From assembly GCA_003550345.1 (NCBI GenBank), contig PUJZ01000027.1, forward strand, positions 15,134-79,133: DNA of 64,000 bases. Direction: 5' to 3'. The notes beneath the pieces were generated by a model. It was not told the DNA's origin and searched no databases. It saw nothing but the letters and a program-made list of their open reading frames with translations. The position numbers and the translations under genes are program-made. This stretch comes from Methanomassiliicoccaceae archaeon. GTDB taxonomy: Archaea; Thermoplasmatota; Thermoplasmata; Methanomassiliicoccales; Methanomethylophilaceae. Below, piece by piece: positions 1-9,114 of this stretch; the first letter of the stretch is position 1; every line of letters begins with the position of its first letter.

Positions 1-283
1 GCACCTCCTTCACGTCTATGCCCCTGAGGATGCCGTACTCACGGGCCACCTCCGGCCCGTCGGCTATCTCTCCGGTGTAACGGTATTCCTCCACATGCTC
101 GCCCATCTGCTCCAGCACCGTCATCGGCGTACGCTCGGGGACGGTGGCCACATAGACGGTCGCGTCCATCATCTCAGCGATGTCCATGGCCTTCTTGGTG
201 GCGGCGAGGGCGGGCATCGATCCGTCCGATGCGAGTAGGATCCGCCTTTCAGGCAGATCCCCCTGCTCTCGTTCAGTTGTCAT
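1..283 (-). CDS. universal stress protein family (UspA-like), C-terminal part cut by window edge
   Basis: Manual reverse translation from ATG at 281-283 gives MTTEREQGDLPERRILLASDGSMPALAATKKAMDIAEMMDATVYVATVPE..., which matches the Usp N-terminal ILxASDGS pattern. GC3-rich codons. Absent from the ORF track because no stop lies in the window. Confidence 0.55.
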   Translation of the reverse strand, partial: MTTEREQGDLPERRILLASDGSMPALAATKKAMDIAEMMDATVYVATVPERTPMTVLEQMGEHVEEYRYTGEIADGPEVAREYGILRGIDVKEV

Positions 284-446
284 ATATCAGCTCCGTTCCG
301 TTGTCACCCTGCCCTGGTTCCGCGGCGAGTGCATCCCCCCGGCGGACAGGGTGCTCCGAACGGAACCTACAAAAAGGATATTATTTAAACTTAGCGTGGT
401 TTTAAATTATATTCTCTACGATATAGTGTAGAAAACAATAGTTTAA

Positions 447-460
447 CTCAGATATCTGAG
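447..460. repeat. 14-bp perfect palindrome CTCAGATATCTGAG in an AT-rich spacer
   Basis: Read directly from the sequence. Lies between the usp-like start (283) and tRNA-Val. Confidence 0.5.
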
Positions 461-592
461 CCTAAACCGGCATTTTATCCCGTTCTTATTACGTTATTCG
501 TAGAAAATCATCATAAACGGTGATAGGCCCCCGTCCTCGGGCGCGCCCGCCCGGGGGGACGCGGCATCCAGCATGGGCCGTGTTGCAGTATG

Positions 593-600
593 TTTTAATA
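593..600 (+). promoter_or_regulatory. candidate TATA box for tRNA-Val
   Basis: TTTTAATA about 30 nt upstream of the tRNA 5' end, a spacing typical of archaeal promoters. Confidence 0.35.
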
Positions 601-628
601 CCTCATCTCGATTTAAGCGCATCCCTCG

Positions 629-704
629 GGGCTCGTGGTCTAGGGGTCATGACGACGCCCTTACAAGGCGTAGGTCGCCGGTTCAAATCCGGCCGAGCCC
701 ACCA
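629..704 (+). tRNA. tRNA-Val (anticodon UAC), CCA encoded
   Basis: Hand-folded cloverleaf: acceptor GGGCTCG/CGAGCCC, anticodon stem ACGCC/GGCGT with loop CTTACAA, T-arm GCCGG-TTCAAAT-CCGGC, discriminator A followed by CCA. Confidence 0.9.
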
Positions 705-791
705 TAAAACACCTATCAGCGCTGGTTCCACCCACGCATCCCATTCGAACACTATTTATCCCGCCGAATTTCTTCTTATTAAACGATTGAC

Positions 792-1496
792 ATGTCATAC
801 AGCAAGTATTCGAAGACCTTGGTCGAGGCGTTGGGCCTATCTGGGGAGCCGGTGGGGGTGGGCCTGATCGAAAGCGGGGGCAAGATGCCCTCCTGGTGCG
901 ATGCCCCGGAGAAACCGGTCAGGCACTGCCAGTCCATTATGAGGGCCCGGCGCGGTGAGTCGATGGCCATTCCGGCGGAGAAGCATATGTGCGGCATCGG
1001 CGCCGCCGCCCTGGGGATGGCCGAGCTGGGGGATGAGGTAAGGTCGGGGGAGTTCCACACCAAGATGGGCCTATACGGCGCCAAAGAGGCCGCCGGGGTC
1101 ACCATGGAGCTGAACCCCTCGCTTCCCCCCGGGAGCACGATGGGGACGGTGGTGGCCCCCCTCTCCCGCTACGAGGGGGAGCCGGACGTGGTCGTGGTGG
1201 TAGCCCAGCCGGAGCAGGTGTATTGGCTCCTTCCCGTGGCCCTCACCTACCGGGCGGGGGGCCGCAGCATGATGGACCTCGCATCCGTACAGGCCGCATG
1301 CGCGGACGCTACTGCGGTGCCGTATCTATGCCAGCATTGCAACCTCTCATTGGGCTGCTTCGGATGCCGCAAGTCCACGGACATGGAGCCGCAGGAGATG
1401 CTGCTGGGCATACCGGCGGCGCTCTTCCCGGAGATGGTGGAGGCGGTCGAGGAGCTGGCGGAGGGGCCGATACCGAAATCCCGCGTGAAGGGCTGA
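792..1496 (+). CDS. DUF169 family protein
   Basis: 234-aa ORF with good GC3 bias. Overall pattern (VGVGL..., HCQSI, C-terminal CNLSLGCFGCR) resembles DUF169/COG2043 as I remember it. Confidence 0.55.
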   Translation: MSYSKYSKTLVEALGLSGEPVGVGLIESGGKMPSWCDAPEKPVRHCQSIMRARRGESMAIPAEKHMCGIGAAALGMAELGDEVRSGEFHTKMGLYGAKEAAGVTMELNPSLPPGSTMGTVVAPLSRYEGEPDVVVVVAQPEQVYWLLPVALTYRAGGRSMMDLASVQAACADATAVPYLCQHCNLSLGCFGCRKSTDMEPQEMLLGIPAALFPEMVEAVEELAEGPIPKSRVKG

Positions 1497-1510
1497 GGCC
1501 GTCAGGGTTG

Positions 1511-2173
1511 ATGATCATGGAGGAAAAGAAGGACCAGAGGGATCAGTGGGAGAAGGCGTACCGCAACAACGAGGACTTCTTCGGGGAGGAGCCCAGCGAG
1601 CTCGCCCTATCTGTCATCGGCACATTGGAGGAGGAGGGTGCCAAGAGCATTCTGGAGATGGGCTGCGGCCAGGGCAGGGACACGTTCTTCTTCGCCCGGA
1701 AGGGATTCGACGTCCACGCCCTAGACTATTCCGCGGAGGGCATCGAGCGGATAAGGGCCAAGGCCGAGGAGGACGGTCTCGAACTTGGCCTGGCGGTGCA
1801 TGACGTCCGTGACCCGCTGCCCTTCCCCGACGAGAGCTTCGATGCGGTCTACTCGCACATGCTCCTCACCATGGAGCTGACCGAGGAGGAGATCGGCTAC
1901 GTCCTCCAGGAATGCCTCAGGGTGCTGAGGCCGGGAGGCCTGAACATCTATTCGGTGAGGAACGACCACGACCCCCACTACGGCCAGTTCCTCCATGTGG
2001 GCGAGGACATGTACCAGAACCCCATGGGCTTCGTGGTGCATTTCTTCCCCGAGGAGAAGGTGCGGCGCCTGTCCGAGGGCTACCTTCTCGAGGGCATCAA
2101 GGAGTTCGAGGACACTTCCCCTCCCTTCGTCAAGAAGCTCTACGAGGTCGTTCTGAGGAAGCCTGAGCGCTAG
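1511..2173 (+). CDS. class I SAM-dependent methyltransferase
   Basis: Motif I ILEMGCGQGRD, then DAVYSHMLL and LRPGG. The ORF track starts at 1223, but that extension overlaps the DUF169 gene, so I trimmed to ATG 1511 (MIMEEKK). Confidence 0.75.
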   Translation: MIMEEKKDQRDQWEKAYRNNEDFFGEEPSELALSVIGTLEEEGAKSILEMGCGQGRDTFFFARKGFDVHALDYSAEGIERIRAKAEEDGLELGLAVHDVRDPLPFPDESFDAVYSHMLLTMELTEEEIGYVLQECLRVLRPGGLNIYSVRNDHDPHYGQFLHVGEDMYQNPMGFVVHFFPEEKVRRLSEGYLLEGIKEFEDTSPPFVKKLYEVVLRKPER

Positions 2174-2178
2174 CGCCG

Positions 2179-3225
2179 ATGCATCTCGACCGACGCCAGG
2201 AGAAGGACCTCTCCGCGGAGAACGGCGAGCCTAGGCGCTGGGCCATGGAGACGCTGTGCCGGTTGGGCGATGAGGCCGGCTCCTCCCGGATGCTGAGGGC
2301 CGCATCCGCCCATGTCCCCGCCTGGGACAACCCTGAGGGGCGGCCACTGCTGGAGCTAGCCAGCGGCGCCTTGGAGTCACGGTGCAGCCTCAACCCCGCC
2401 TGCGCCGCGACGGACGGGACGGAGCTGCCCCCCGGGTTCACAGGCATTCGCAGCTGCGCGCCCCACCTCTGCGGCCAGAGGGCGGCGCCCGGGGAGATCG
2501 TCGCCTGGGGCGGCAGGGCGGCATGCGCCTTCGTGAACTCGGCGGTCGGCGCCCGCAGCGAGCCGGAGGGCACCGCGTCGGCGCTGGCGGCGGCGATCTG
2601 CGGGCTCACCCCGGAGAGGGGCCTGCATCTGGATGAGAACCGGGAGCCCACGGTGGCGGTGGTGCTGGAGCGGGGCTGCGGGGACCTGGAGGGCATAGGT
2701 CATGCGCTGTCCAAGCTGCTGAAGGGGGAGGTGCCCGTCCTCTGCGGCGTCAGGCCCGACATGGGCGCCTTCAAGCGTTTGGCCCTGGCCATTAACAGAA
2801 AGGGCGACATGCCCCTGTTCCATGTAAGGAGCGGTGGGCCCCCCGGCGGCCTGGAGCGCATCGACGCCAACGGCCTGAGCTGCCAGGAGCCGGAGGAGCC
2901 GGACCTGCTGCTCATAGGATGCCCGCATCTCTCCGAGCAGGAGGTCAACCGCTGGGCCAGGGCGATCTGCGACCGCCCCCCGGGGGTGGAGGCATGGTTC
3001 TTCATGTCGCAGCTCTGCAGCGACAAGTCCCCCAAGACCGGCGAGGTGCTGCGGAGGGCGGGCAGGGTCATAAGCGACCTCTGCCCCCTCTCCCTCGCGG
3101 AGGAGATGAGGGGGCGGAGAGTGGGCTGCAGCAGCCCGGCGCTGGCAGAGATGCTCTCGGAGCTCGGCCTCTGCTCTTTCCATATGGGCGAGGAGGCGAT
3201 GCTGCGGGCCTTGGCCCGCCTTTGA
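2179..3225 (+). CDS. aconitase X catalytic domain (DUF521/AcnX large subunit-like) protein
   Basis: IVAWGGRAACAFVNSAVGARSEPEGTASALAAAICGLTPERGLHLDENREP matches the conserved AcnX core (SES..FANSVLGARTNREG..ALAAAITG.TP..GLHL.ENR). LLLIGCPHLS also matches. Confidence 0.65.
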   Translation: MHLDRRQEKDLSAENGEPRRWAMETLCRLGDEAGSSRMLRAASAHVPAWDNPEGRPLLELASGALESRCSLNPACAATDGTELPPGFTGIRSCAPHLCGQRAAPGEIVAWGGRAACAFVNSAVGARSEPEGTASALAAAICGLTPERGLHLDENREPTVAVVLERGCGDLEGIGHALSKLLKGEVPVLCGVRPDMGAFKRLALAINRKGDMPLFHVRSGGPPGGLERIDANGLSCQEPEEPDLLLIGCPHLSEQEVNRWARAICDRPPGVEAWFFMSQLCSDKSPKTGEVLRRAGRVISDLCPLSLAEEMRGRRVGCSSPALAEMLSELGLCSFHMGEEAMLRALARL

Positions 3226-3243
3226 CGGCCTAACGCCCGGAGC

Positions 3244-4032
3244 TCATATCCGCTGCATGGTCTTCACATCGCCCTGGCGGGTGAGCACGATGTGGGTGGC
3301 GGGGAACTTCCTCCGGGAAAGGTCGCGCGCCTGCTGCACCAGGCGCACAAGGCCCTGGCAGCAGGGGACCTCCATGGTCACCACCGTTACCCCTGTGGCC
3401 CCTCCGCCGTCGACCATCTCGGCGATCTTCTGCGCGTAGACGGGAACATCGCGGTCGAGCTTGGGGCAGGCGGTGACGAGGGCGGCGGCGTCGCCGTATA
3501 TGTCCTTGAGGCCGGAGCGCACGAAGCCGGCGCAGTTCGCCGCCAGCAAAAGCTCCTTGCCTTTCAGGTAGGGGGCCCTGGCAGGGACCAGATGCAGCTG
3601 TATGGGCCATTGCGTCTCCGCGGAGGCGGCGGGGGGCGAGAGCGTCAGGCCGTCGCATTCGCCGGCGCACTCATCCCAGCCCTTCGGGAGGGGCTGCCCC
3701 TTCTCCTCCAGGTAATCCAGGGCCTCCTGCAGCCATTCATCGGCGCCATGCTCCTTCAGGTGCTGGAGGTGGAGCCTGACCATCTCCTCCCCCTGGGAGA
3801 CGATGGTGTCCATGACCTTCCGCTCGTCGTAGGGCTCGCTCTCCCGCCGCTCCACGGAGATCGCCCCTTGCGGGCACTCGCCCACGCAGGCGCCGAGTCC
3901 GTCGCAGTAGTCGTCAGCGACCAGCCTCGCCTTGCCGTCCACCAGCTGTATCGCCCCCTCCGGGCAGGCGCGGACGCAGTCGCCGCAGCCGTCGCATAGC
4001 CCTTCGTCTATCTCGATTATGTCCCTGATCAT
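3244..4032 (-). CDS. 4Fe-4S dicluster domain protein, hcp-associated
   Basis: [12 protein letters not shown] and [12 protein letters not shown] motifs at the N-terminus. 4-nt overlap with the hcp stop suggests translational coupling. Confidence 0.8.
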   Translation of the reverse strand: MIRDIIEIDEGLCDGCGDCVRACPEGAIQLVDGKARLVADDYCDGLGACVGECPQGAISVERRESEPYDERKVMDTIVSQGEEMVRLHLQHLKEHGADEWLQEALDYLEEKGQPLPKGWDECAGECDGLTLSPPAASAETQWPIQLHLVPARAPYLKGKELLLAANCAGFVRSGLKDIYGDAAALVTACPKLDRDVPVYAQKIAEMVDGGGATGVTVVTMEVPCCQGLVRLVQQARDLSRRKFPATHIVLTRQGDVKTMQRI

Positions 4033-5633
4033 GGCCCTTCCTCAGGCAGCAGGAGGCGCATGTCGCCCTCCACATCGCTGTTCTTGCGGATGTTGAACTT
4101 GTCGACCAGAACGTCCAGCACCCCCGGGGACACGAAAGCGGGCAGCCTCGGCCCCAGGGTGATGTCCTTGATGCCGAGGCTGAGCAGCGAGAGCAGGACC
4201 AGGACGGCCTTCTGCTCGTACCAGGCGATGTTGTAGGATATGGGCAGCTCGTTGACGTCGACCCCCAGCGCCTCCGCCAAGGCCAGCGCCGTGGCCGCCA
4301 GGGAGTAGGAGTCGTTGCACTGCCCGGCGTCGACAACCCGTGGTATCCCGTCTATGTCGCCCAGGGGGAGCTTGTTGTAGCGGTACTTGGCGCAGCCGGC
4401 GGTCAGGATCATCACGTCCTCGGGGAGGGCCTTTGCGAACTCGGTGTAATACTCCCGGTCCTTGCGGCGGCCGTCGCAGCCGGCCATGACCATGAAGCGC
4501 CTCAGCCTTCCTTGGGAGACCAGCTCCAGCAGCTTTCCGGCGCTCTCGGCGAGGGTCTTCCTCGCCAGGCCGATGGTGATCTCCCCCTCCTCCAGCGGCT
4601 GGGGGGGGTCGCAGCTCAGTGCCATCTCCACCAAGGGGGTGAAGTCCTTGCGGCCCTCAGCGTCGGCCTCGATCCTCTTCAGGCCGGGGAATCCCACCGC
4701 GCCGGTCATGAATATGCGGTCAGCGTAGGATTCGCTGGGGGGCACTAGGCAGTTGGTGGTGAGCAGTACGGGGCCGTTGAAGCTGTCGAACTCCTCCTTC
4801 TGGCGCCACCAAGAGCCGCCGTAGTTGCCGGCCAGGTGCTCGTACCCCTTCAGCACCGGATAGGCGTTGCAGGGCAGCATCTCGCCGTGCGTGTAGACGT
4901 CCACCCCGGTCCCCTCGGTCTGCTGCAGAAGCATCTCCAGGTCCTTGAGGTCGTGGCCGCTGACCAGGATACCGGGCCGGTCGCGCACTCCGATGCTCAC
5001 CGCGCTGACCTCCGGGTCCCCGTAGGTGGAGGTGTTGGCCTTGTCCAGCAGCGCCATGGTGTCGACGCCCATGCGCCCGCAGTCCAATGCCCATCCGACC
5101 ATCGTTTCGGCGTCGAGGTCCTCGAGGGTCGAGGCCAGGCCCCTGCGCATGAACTCCGTGATGGCCGGGTCCTCGAATCCCAGGGCCTGGGCGTGGCTGT
5201 AGTAGGCGGCCATCCCCTTCAGGCCGTAGACCAGCAGCTCGCGCAGCGAACGCACGTCCTCGTCCTCGGTGGCCAGGACCCCGGCCTCCTTGGCCTTGGC
5301 CCTCAGCTCCTCGTCGTCCGCGGGCCTCCAGACGGCGGCCTCGGGGGCGCCGTCAGGCAATGGCAATGAGTCCCTCAGGTCCAAGGCCTCCCAGATCCTG
5401 GCGGTGAAGTGGTCGGCATCGAAATTGACGTTGGTTATGGTGGAGAAGAGGGACTCGACGATGAAGTCCTCCACATCCCGGTCTCGCTCCGCGGACAGGC
5501 TGCGGAAGGACATCCCCTTGAGAACATGGATCAGCAGGTCCTGCAGCTCGGCGACCTCCGCCGGCTTGCCGCAGACCCCGCCCTTGGTGCAGCCTTTGCC
5601 GCCCGCGGTCTCTTCGCATTGGTAACAGAACAT
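4029..5633 (-). CDS. hcp: hybrid cluster protein (hydroxylamine reductase)
   Basis: N-terminal [23 protein letters not shown] is the classic Hcp cluster motif. 534 aa. Confidence 0.93.
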   Translation of the reverse strand: MFCYQCEETAGGKGCTKGGVCGKPAEVAELQDLLIHVLKGMSFRSLSAERDRDVEDFIVESLFSTITNVNFDADHFTARIWEALDLRDSLPLPDGAPEAAVWRPADDEELRAKAKEAGVLATEDEDVRSLRELLVYGLKGMAAYYSHAQALGFEDPAITEFMRRGLASTLEDLDAETMVGWALDCGRMGVDTMALLDKANTSTYGDPEVSAVSIGVRDRPGILVSGHDLKDLEMLLQQTEGTGVDVYTHGEMLPCNAYPVLKGYEHLAGNYGGSWWRQKEEFDSFNGPVLLTTNCLVPPSESYADRIFMTGAVGFPGLKRIEADAEGRKDFTPLVEMALSCDPPQPLEEGEITIGLARKTLAESAGKLLELVSQGRLRRFMVMAGCDGRRKDREYYTEFAKALPEDVMILTAGCAKYRYNKLPLGDIDGIPRVVDAGQCNDSYSLAATALALAEALGVDVNELPISYNIAWYEQKAVLVLLSLLSLGIKDITLGPRLPAFVSPGVLDVLVDKFNIRKNSDVEGDMRLLLPEEGP

Positions 5634-5650
5634 ATATTGCGCCTCCTTTT

Positions 5651-5685
5651 GGTATCCTTTTGATACAAGATATCAAATGTATACC
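5651..5685. promoter_or_regulatory. 35-bp near-palindromic operator candidate in the hcp / hxlR divergent spacer
   Basis: Perfect core TTTGATA-N5-TATCAAA at 5659-5677. The arms extend to GGTATCC (5651-5657) and GTATACC (5679-5685), with 13 of 15 arm positions complementary. Confidence 0.5.
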
Positions 5686-5721
5686 TAAATATAAATACCT
5701 TGGAGTTTCTAGCCGGTAACC

Positions 5722-6078
5722 GTGAAGCAGGGATGCACCGTCAACATGACGCTCGAGTATCTGGGCCGCAAATGGGCCATGCTCATACTGCTGGAGATAT
5801 ACAAGGGCGGCGGCAGGCGGCGCTTCGGCGAGCTCCGTGAAAGGCTGGAGGGGATCACCTCCAAGGTGCTCACCACCAGGCTGAAGGAGCTGGAGGAGCG
5901 GGGCCTGGTCACAAGGGAGGTGGACGCCTCCGCGGTGCCGCTGAAGGTCGAGTACGCGCTCACCGCCCCCGGCGAGGACGTCGTCCGCATCATCAAGGAG
6001 CTCAAGCAATGGGCGCTCACATGGATGCTGGAGAACCTGGACTGCCAGGGCCAGGACTGCTCCTCCTGCGAGCTGTGA
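5722..6078 (+). CDS. HxlR family winged-helix transcriptional regulator
   Basis: LEYLGRKWAMLILLEI...FGELRERLEGITSKVLTTRLKELEERGLV...VEYALT is the HxlR signature. GTG start. An A/T-rich TATA-like element (TAAATATAAATA, 5686-5697) lies about 25-30 nt upstream. Confidence 0.85.
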   Translation: MKQGCTVNMTLEYLGRKWAMLILLEIYKGGGRRRFGELRERLEGITSKVLTTRLKELEERGLVTREVDASAVPLKVEYALTAPGEDVVRIIKELKQWALTWMLENLDCQGQDCSSCEL

Positions 6079-7203
6079 TCATTCAATGATGGCGATGTTG
6101 CCGCCCCGCACCACGTTGTCGTAGTTCCTGTAGCCGAGGATGGCCTCTATCCTGTTGCTGTGCGCCCCCATCACCTTGCGCAGCTCATCGTGGTCGTAGT
6201 CGGTGATGCCCTTGGCGAAGACCTCGCCGTCGCAGCGGATGTCGACCACGTCCCCCCTCCGGAACCCCCCATGGACTCCCTTCACGCCGCTGGGCAGCAG
6301 GCCCATGTGCCTTTCGATGAGCGCCCTACGGGCGCCATCGTCGACATCGATGGTGCCGTTGGAGTGGGCCAGCAGTATCCAGCGGGTGCGTATACGCCGA
6401 ACCGAGCCGTCAGCGACGAAGAGGGTCCCTATGTCCTCGCCCTGCAGCACGCGGATGATGACGTCCTCCACCGCATGGTTGGCTATGACCATGTGGCAGC
6501 CGGCCATGTTGCATATCCGCGCCGCTTGGATCTTGGTCCTCATCCCGCCCACGCCGCGGGTGTTGCTGGGCTTGCCAGCGAAGGACTCGATGGTCTCGTC
6601 TATGGAGTGCACCTCCGATATGAGCTCGGCGTCGGCATGGACCTTGGGGTTGCGGTCGTAGAGGCCGTCCACGTCCGATAGGATTATGAGTATGTCGCTG
6701 TCCAGCTTGCTGGCCACCATAGCGGATAGGGTGTCGTTGTCCCCGAAGACCGCCTCTATCTCCTTTATGCAGACCGCGTCGTTCTCATTTATCACCGGGA
6801 TCACGCCGTGCTCGAGCAGGGTGTTGAGGGTGTTCCTAACGTTGAGGTAGCGGACCCGGTCCGAGTAGAAGTCGTAGGTCAGCAGGACCTGCGCTATCTT
6901 GAGGTCGACCTTGGCGAAGCTCTCCGCCCATCTCTGCATCAGTATGCTCTGCCCCACCGAGGCCGCGGCCTGGCGTATGGGCACCTCCCGGGGCTTGGGG
7001 ACCACGTTCATGGCGTCGAGGCCGATGCCTATCGCCCCCGAAGTGACGAGGATGGCCTGCATGCCGCGGGAGCGTATCCACTTGACCTGCCGGGCCACCG
7101 AGTCCATGAACTCGGCGTCCACCTGGAGGTCGTCCTTGGTTATGGAGGTGGTCCCCACCTTTATGACCACGCCCCTGACATCGCCCAGCTTCTCGCTACG
7201 CAT
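6079..7203 (-). CDS. proB: glutamate 5-kinase with PUA domain
   Basis: VVIKVGTTSIT, ILVTSGAIGIG, and a C-terminal PUA-like segment LLPSGVKGVHGGFRRGDVV. Confidence 0.92.
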   Translation of the reverse strand: MRSEKLGDVRGVVIKVGTTSITKDDLQVDAEFMDSVARQVKWIRSRGMQAILVTSGAIGIGLDAMNVVPKPREVPIRQAAASVGQSILMQRWAESFAKVDLKIAQVLLTYDFYSDRVRYLNVRNTLNTLLEHGVIPVINENDAVCIKEIEAVFGDNDTLSAMVASKLDSDILIILSDVDGLYDRNPKVHADAELISEVHSIDETIESFAGKPSNTRGVGGMRTKIQAARICNMAGCHMVIANHAVEDVIIRVLQGEDIGTLFVADGSVRRIRTRWILLAHSNGTIDVDDGARRALIERHMGLLPSGVKGVHGGFRRGDVVDIRCDGEVFAKGITDYDHDELRKVMGAHSNRIEAILGYRNYDNVVRGGNIAIIE

Positions 7204-7209
7204 CCTTCC

Positions 7210-8547
7210 TCACCTTATCTCCAGCTGCCTGGAGAGCGGCATGTGCTTGAAGGCCCTCGCCCCCTTGCCCGCATAGTCCTTGACGACGTGCCCCCCGCCC
7301 AAGAGCACGTACTTGTAGATCATGAGGCCTTCCATCCCCACCGGGCCGCGGGCATGTATCTTGTTGGTGCTGATGCCCACCTCCGCCCCTTTGCCGTAGC
7401 GGAACCCGTCGGCGAAGCGGGTGGAGGCGTTCACCATCACCGAGGACGAGTCCACCATGGCCACGAACCGCTCCGCCCGGGCGCGGTCCTCGGTTACGAT
7501 GGCGTCGGTGTGCCCGGAGCCGTGGGCGTTGATGTGGCCCACCGCCTCCTCCATGCCCTCCACCACCTTTATCGAAAGGATGAGGTCGTTGTACTCGGTG
7601 TCCCAGTCCTCTTCCGTGGCGTCCAGGGCCTCAGTCCCCGAATCCAGCAGGATCCGTTTGGAGGCGGCGTCGCAGCGGAGCTCGACGCCCTTGGAGGCCA
7701 GCGCCTCCGCCAGCGGCGGGAGCAGGGAGGGGGCCGCCGCCGCATGCACCAGCAGGGTCTCGGCGGCGTTGCAGACCGCGGCGTACTGCACCTTGGAGTC
7801 CAGCGCCACCTCCAAGGCCTTCGCGGCTTCGGCATGCTCGTCCAGGTAGACATGGCATATGCCGTCGGCATGGCCGAGCACCGGTATGCGGGTGTTGTCC
7901 TGTATGTAGCGGACGAACTCGTTGGAGCCGCGGGGTATGATCAGGTCTATGTGCTCATCCAGGTCCAGCATGGCGGCGACATCGTCACGGGTCTCCATCA
8001 GCTGGAAGGCGTCCGAAGGCATTCCGTCCACCGATGCTATGGCCCCGGTGAGCAGGTCGAAGAGTGCGCGGTTGGACCGCCGCGCCTCGCTTCCGCCCTT
8101 GAATATGGTGGCGTTGCCGCTCTTGAGGCAGAGGGCCATTATCTGCGGCACCACGTCCGGTCGCGATTCGAATATCACTCCGATGAGGCCGATGGGCGTG
8201 CTCACCTGGTAGAGCTCCAGGCCGTCGTCGAGCTCCAGGGCGCTGAGCGTCCTGCCCACCGGGTCCGGCAGGCCGCTGACGTCCCTGATGCCGGCTATCA
8301 TCTCGTCTATCTTCGCGTCATCGACCTTGAGCCTCTTCAGCAGGGCCGGCGTCAGCTTCCCGTCGGCGAGCAAGCCCTCCGCCGCCTCCATGTCCTGGGC
8401 GTTGGCCTCCATTATCTGCGCCCTGCCGGAGTCCAAGGCCGCCGCCATGGCCGCGAGGGCCTCGTTCTTGCGGGTGCTGCTCTCGGACATCAGGGCGATG
8501 TACGCCTCCTTGGCCTTCCTTACCCTCTCTCTCACGTCTGCGGACAT
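7210..8547 (-). CDS. proA: gamma-glutamyl phosphate reductase
   Basis: GHTDAIVTED, VNASTRFADGFRYGKGAEVGISTNKIHARGPVG. I prefer ATG at 8547, which has GGTGA 6 nt upstream. The ORF track GTG at 8556 is the alternative. Confidence 0.92.
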   Translation of the reverse strand: MSADVRERVRKAKEAYIALMSESSTRKNEALAAMAAALDSGRAQIMEANAQDMEAAEGLLADGKLTPALLKRLKVDDAKIDEMIAGIRDVSGLPDPVGRTLSALELDDGLELYQVSTPIGLIGVIFESRPDVVPQIMALCLKSGNATIFKGGSEARRSNRALFDLLTGAIASVDGMPSDAFQLMETRDDVAAMLDLDEHIDLIIPRGSNEFVRYIQDNTRIPVLGHADGICHVYLDEHAEAAKALEVALDSKVQYAAVCNAAETLLVHAAAAPSLLPPLAEALASKGVELRCDAASKRILLDSGTEALDATEEDWDTEYNDLILSIKVVEGMEEAVGHINAHGSGHTDAIVTEDRARAERFVAMVDSSSVMVNASTRFADGFRYGKGAEVGISTNKIHARGPVGMEGLMIYKYVLLGGGHVVKDYAGKGARAFKHMPLSRQLEIR

Positions 8548-8618
8548 CGGACTCACCTGAGACAGGGAATCCTTAGCGGGTTCATTACCTTTATCATTAT
8601 CTCGCGCGTTGCTGGAGC

Positions 8619-9071
8619 ATGGTTCGCTACCTCGAGAGCGAGGATGACGGCCTGGACTCCGTCAGCGGGCTGTGGGAGATGCTGAGAGGCCTGGTGGCCG
8701 AGAGGGCTCTGACCTTCCAGGAGCGCTACCGCGGCGTCAGCTTCGAGGACTACATCGCCAAGCTCAGGGAGCAGTCCGACGGCCGGCTGCATCTGGTCAA
8801 GGCGGTCGAGGGGGATGTGCCGCTGGGATTCTCCCTCAGCACCGTGCGCAAGGACGGCGCCGGCTGGGTGGAGGCGTTCTACGTCCTGCCGTCCCAGCGG
8901 GGAAGGGGGCTGGGCGCCGGCCTGCTGGAGCGCTCCGTGGCCTGGTTAAGGTCGCAGGGGGCGGAGGCGGTGCGCCTGACGGTCACCCCCGGGAACGAGG
9001 AGGTGATGGACTTCTACCGCTCCCAGGGCTTCCAGCTCTGGAAATACGTACTGGAGCTGGAGGGTGAATAA
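8619..9071 (+). CDS. GNAT family N-acetyltransferase
   Basis: VLPSQRGRGLGAGLLERSVAWL is the acetyl-CoA binding motif A (Q/RxxGxG/A). Confidence 0.8.
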   Translation: MVRYLESEDDGLDSVSGLWEMLRGLVAERALTFQERYRGVSFEDYIAKLREQSDGRLHLVKAVEGDVPLGFSLSTVRKDGAGWVEAFYVLPSQRGRGLGAGLLERSVAWLRSQGAEAVRLTVTPGNEEVMDFYRSQGFQLWKYVLELEGE

Positions 9072-9114
9072 TTCGAGTGAAAAATTTATTAATCCATCGC
9101 CCCGTGTCACCGCC

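Noticed and set aside
525-585. GC-rich stretch with CCCCCG...CGGGGGG complementarity upstream of the tRNA
   Set aside because: The pairing is irregular, it matches no known RNA family that I recognise, and there is no flanking promoter or terminator. Probably just spacer composition.
520-867. 115-aa plus-strand ORF
   Set aside because: It reads straight through the tRNA-Val gene and its promoter, so it is not coding.
2171-2173. Possible pyrrolysine (TAG) read-through, given the Methanomassiliicoccales-like gene content
   Set aside because: TAG ends several genes cleanly (methyltransferase, proC, hdrB-like, RNase III-like, nuoJ1, small membrane protein). No conserved domain continues in frame after any of them, and no methylamine methyltransferase gene is present.
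6808-8685. 625-aa ORF antisense to proB/proA
   Set aside because: It runs opposite two genes with unambiguous enzyme motifs. Its product is low-complexity (rich in G/A/H/L/V/R) with no motif. Long antisense ORFs are expected in GC-rich DNA with strong GC3 bias.
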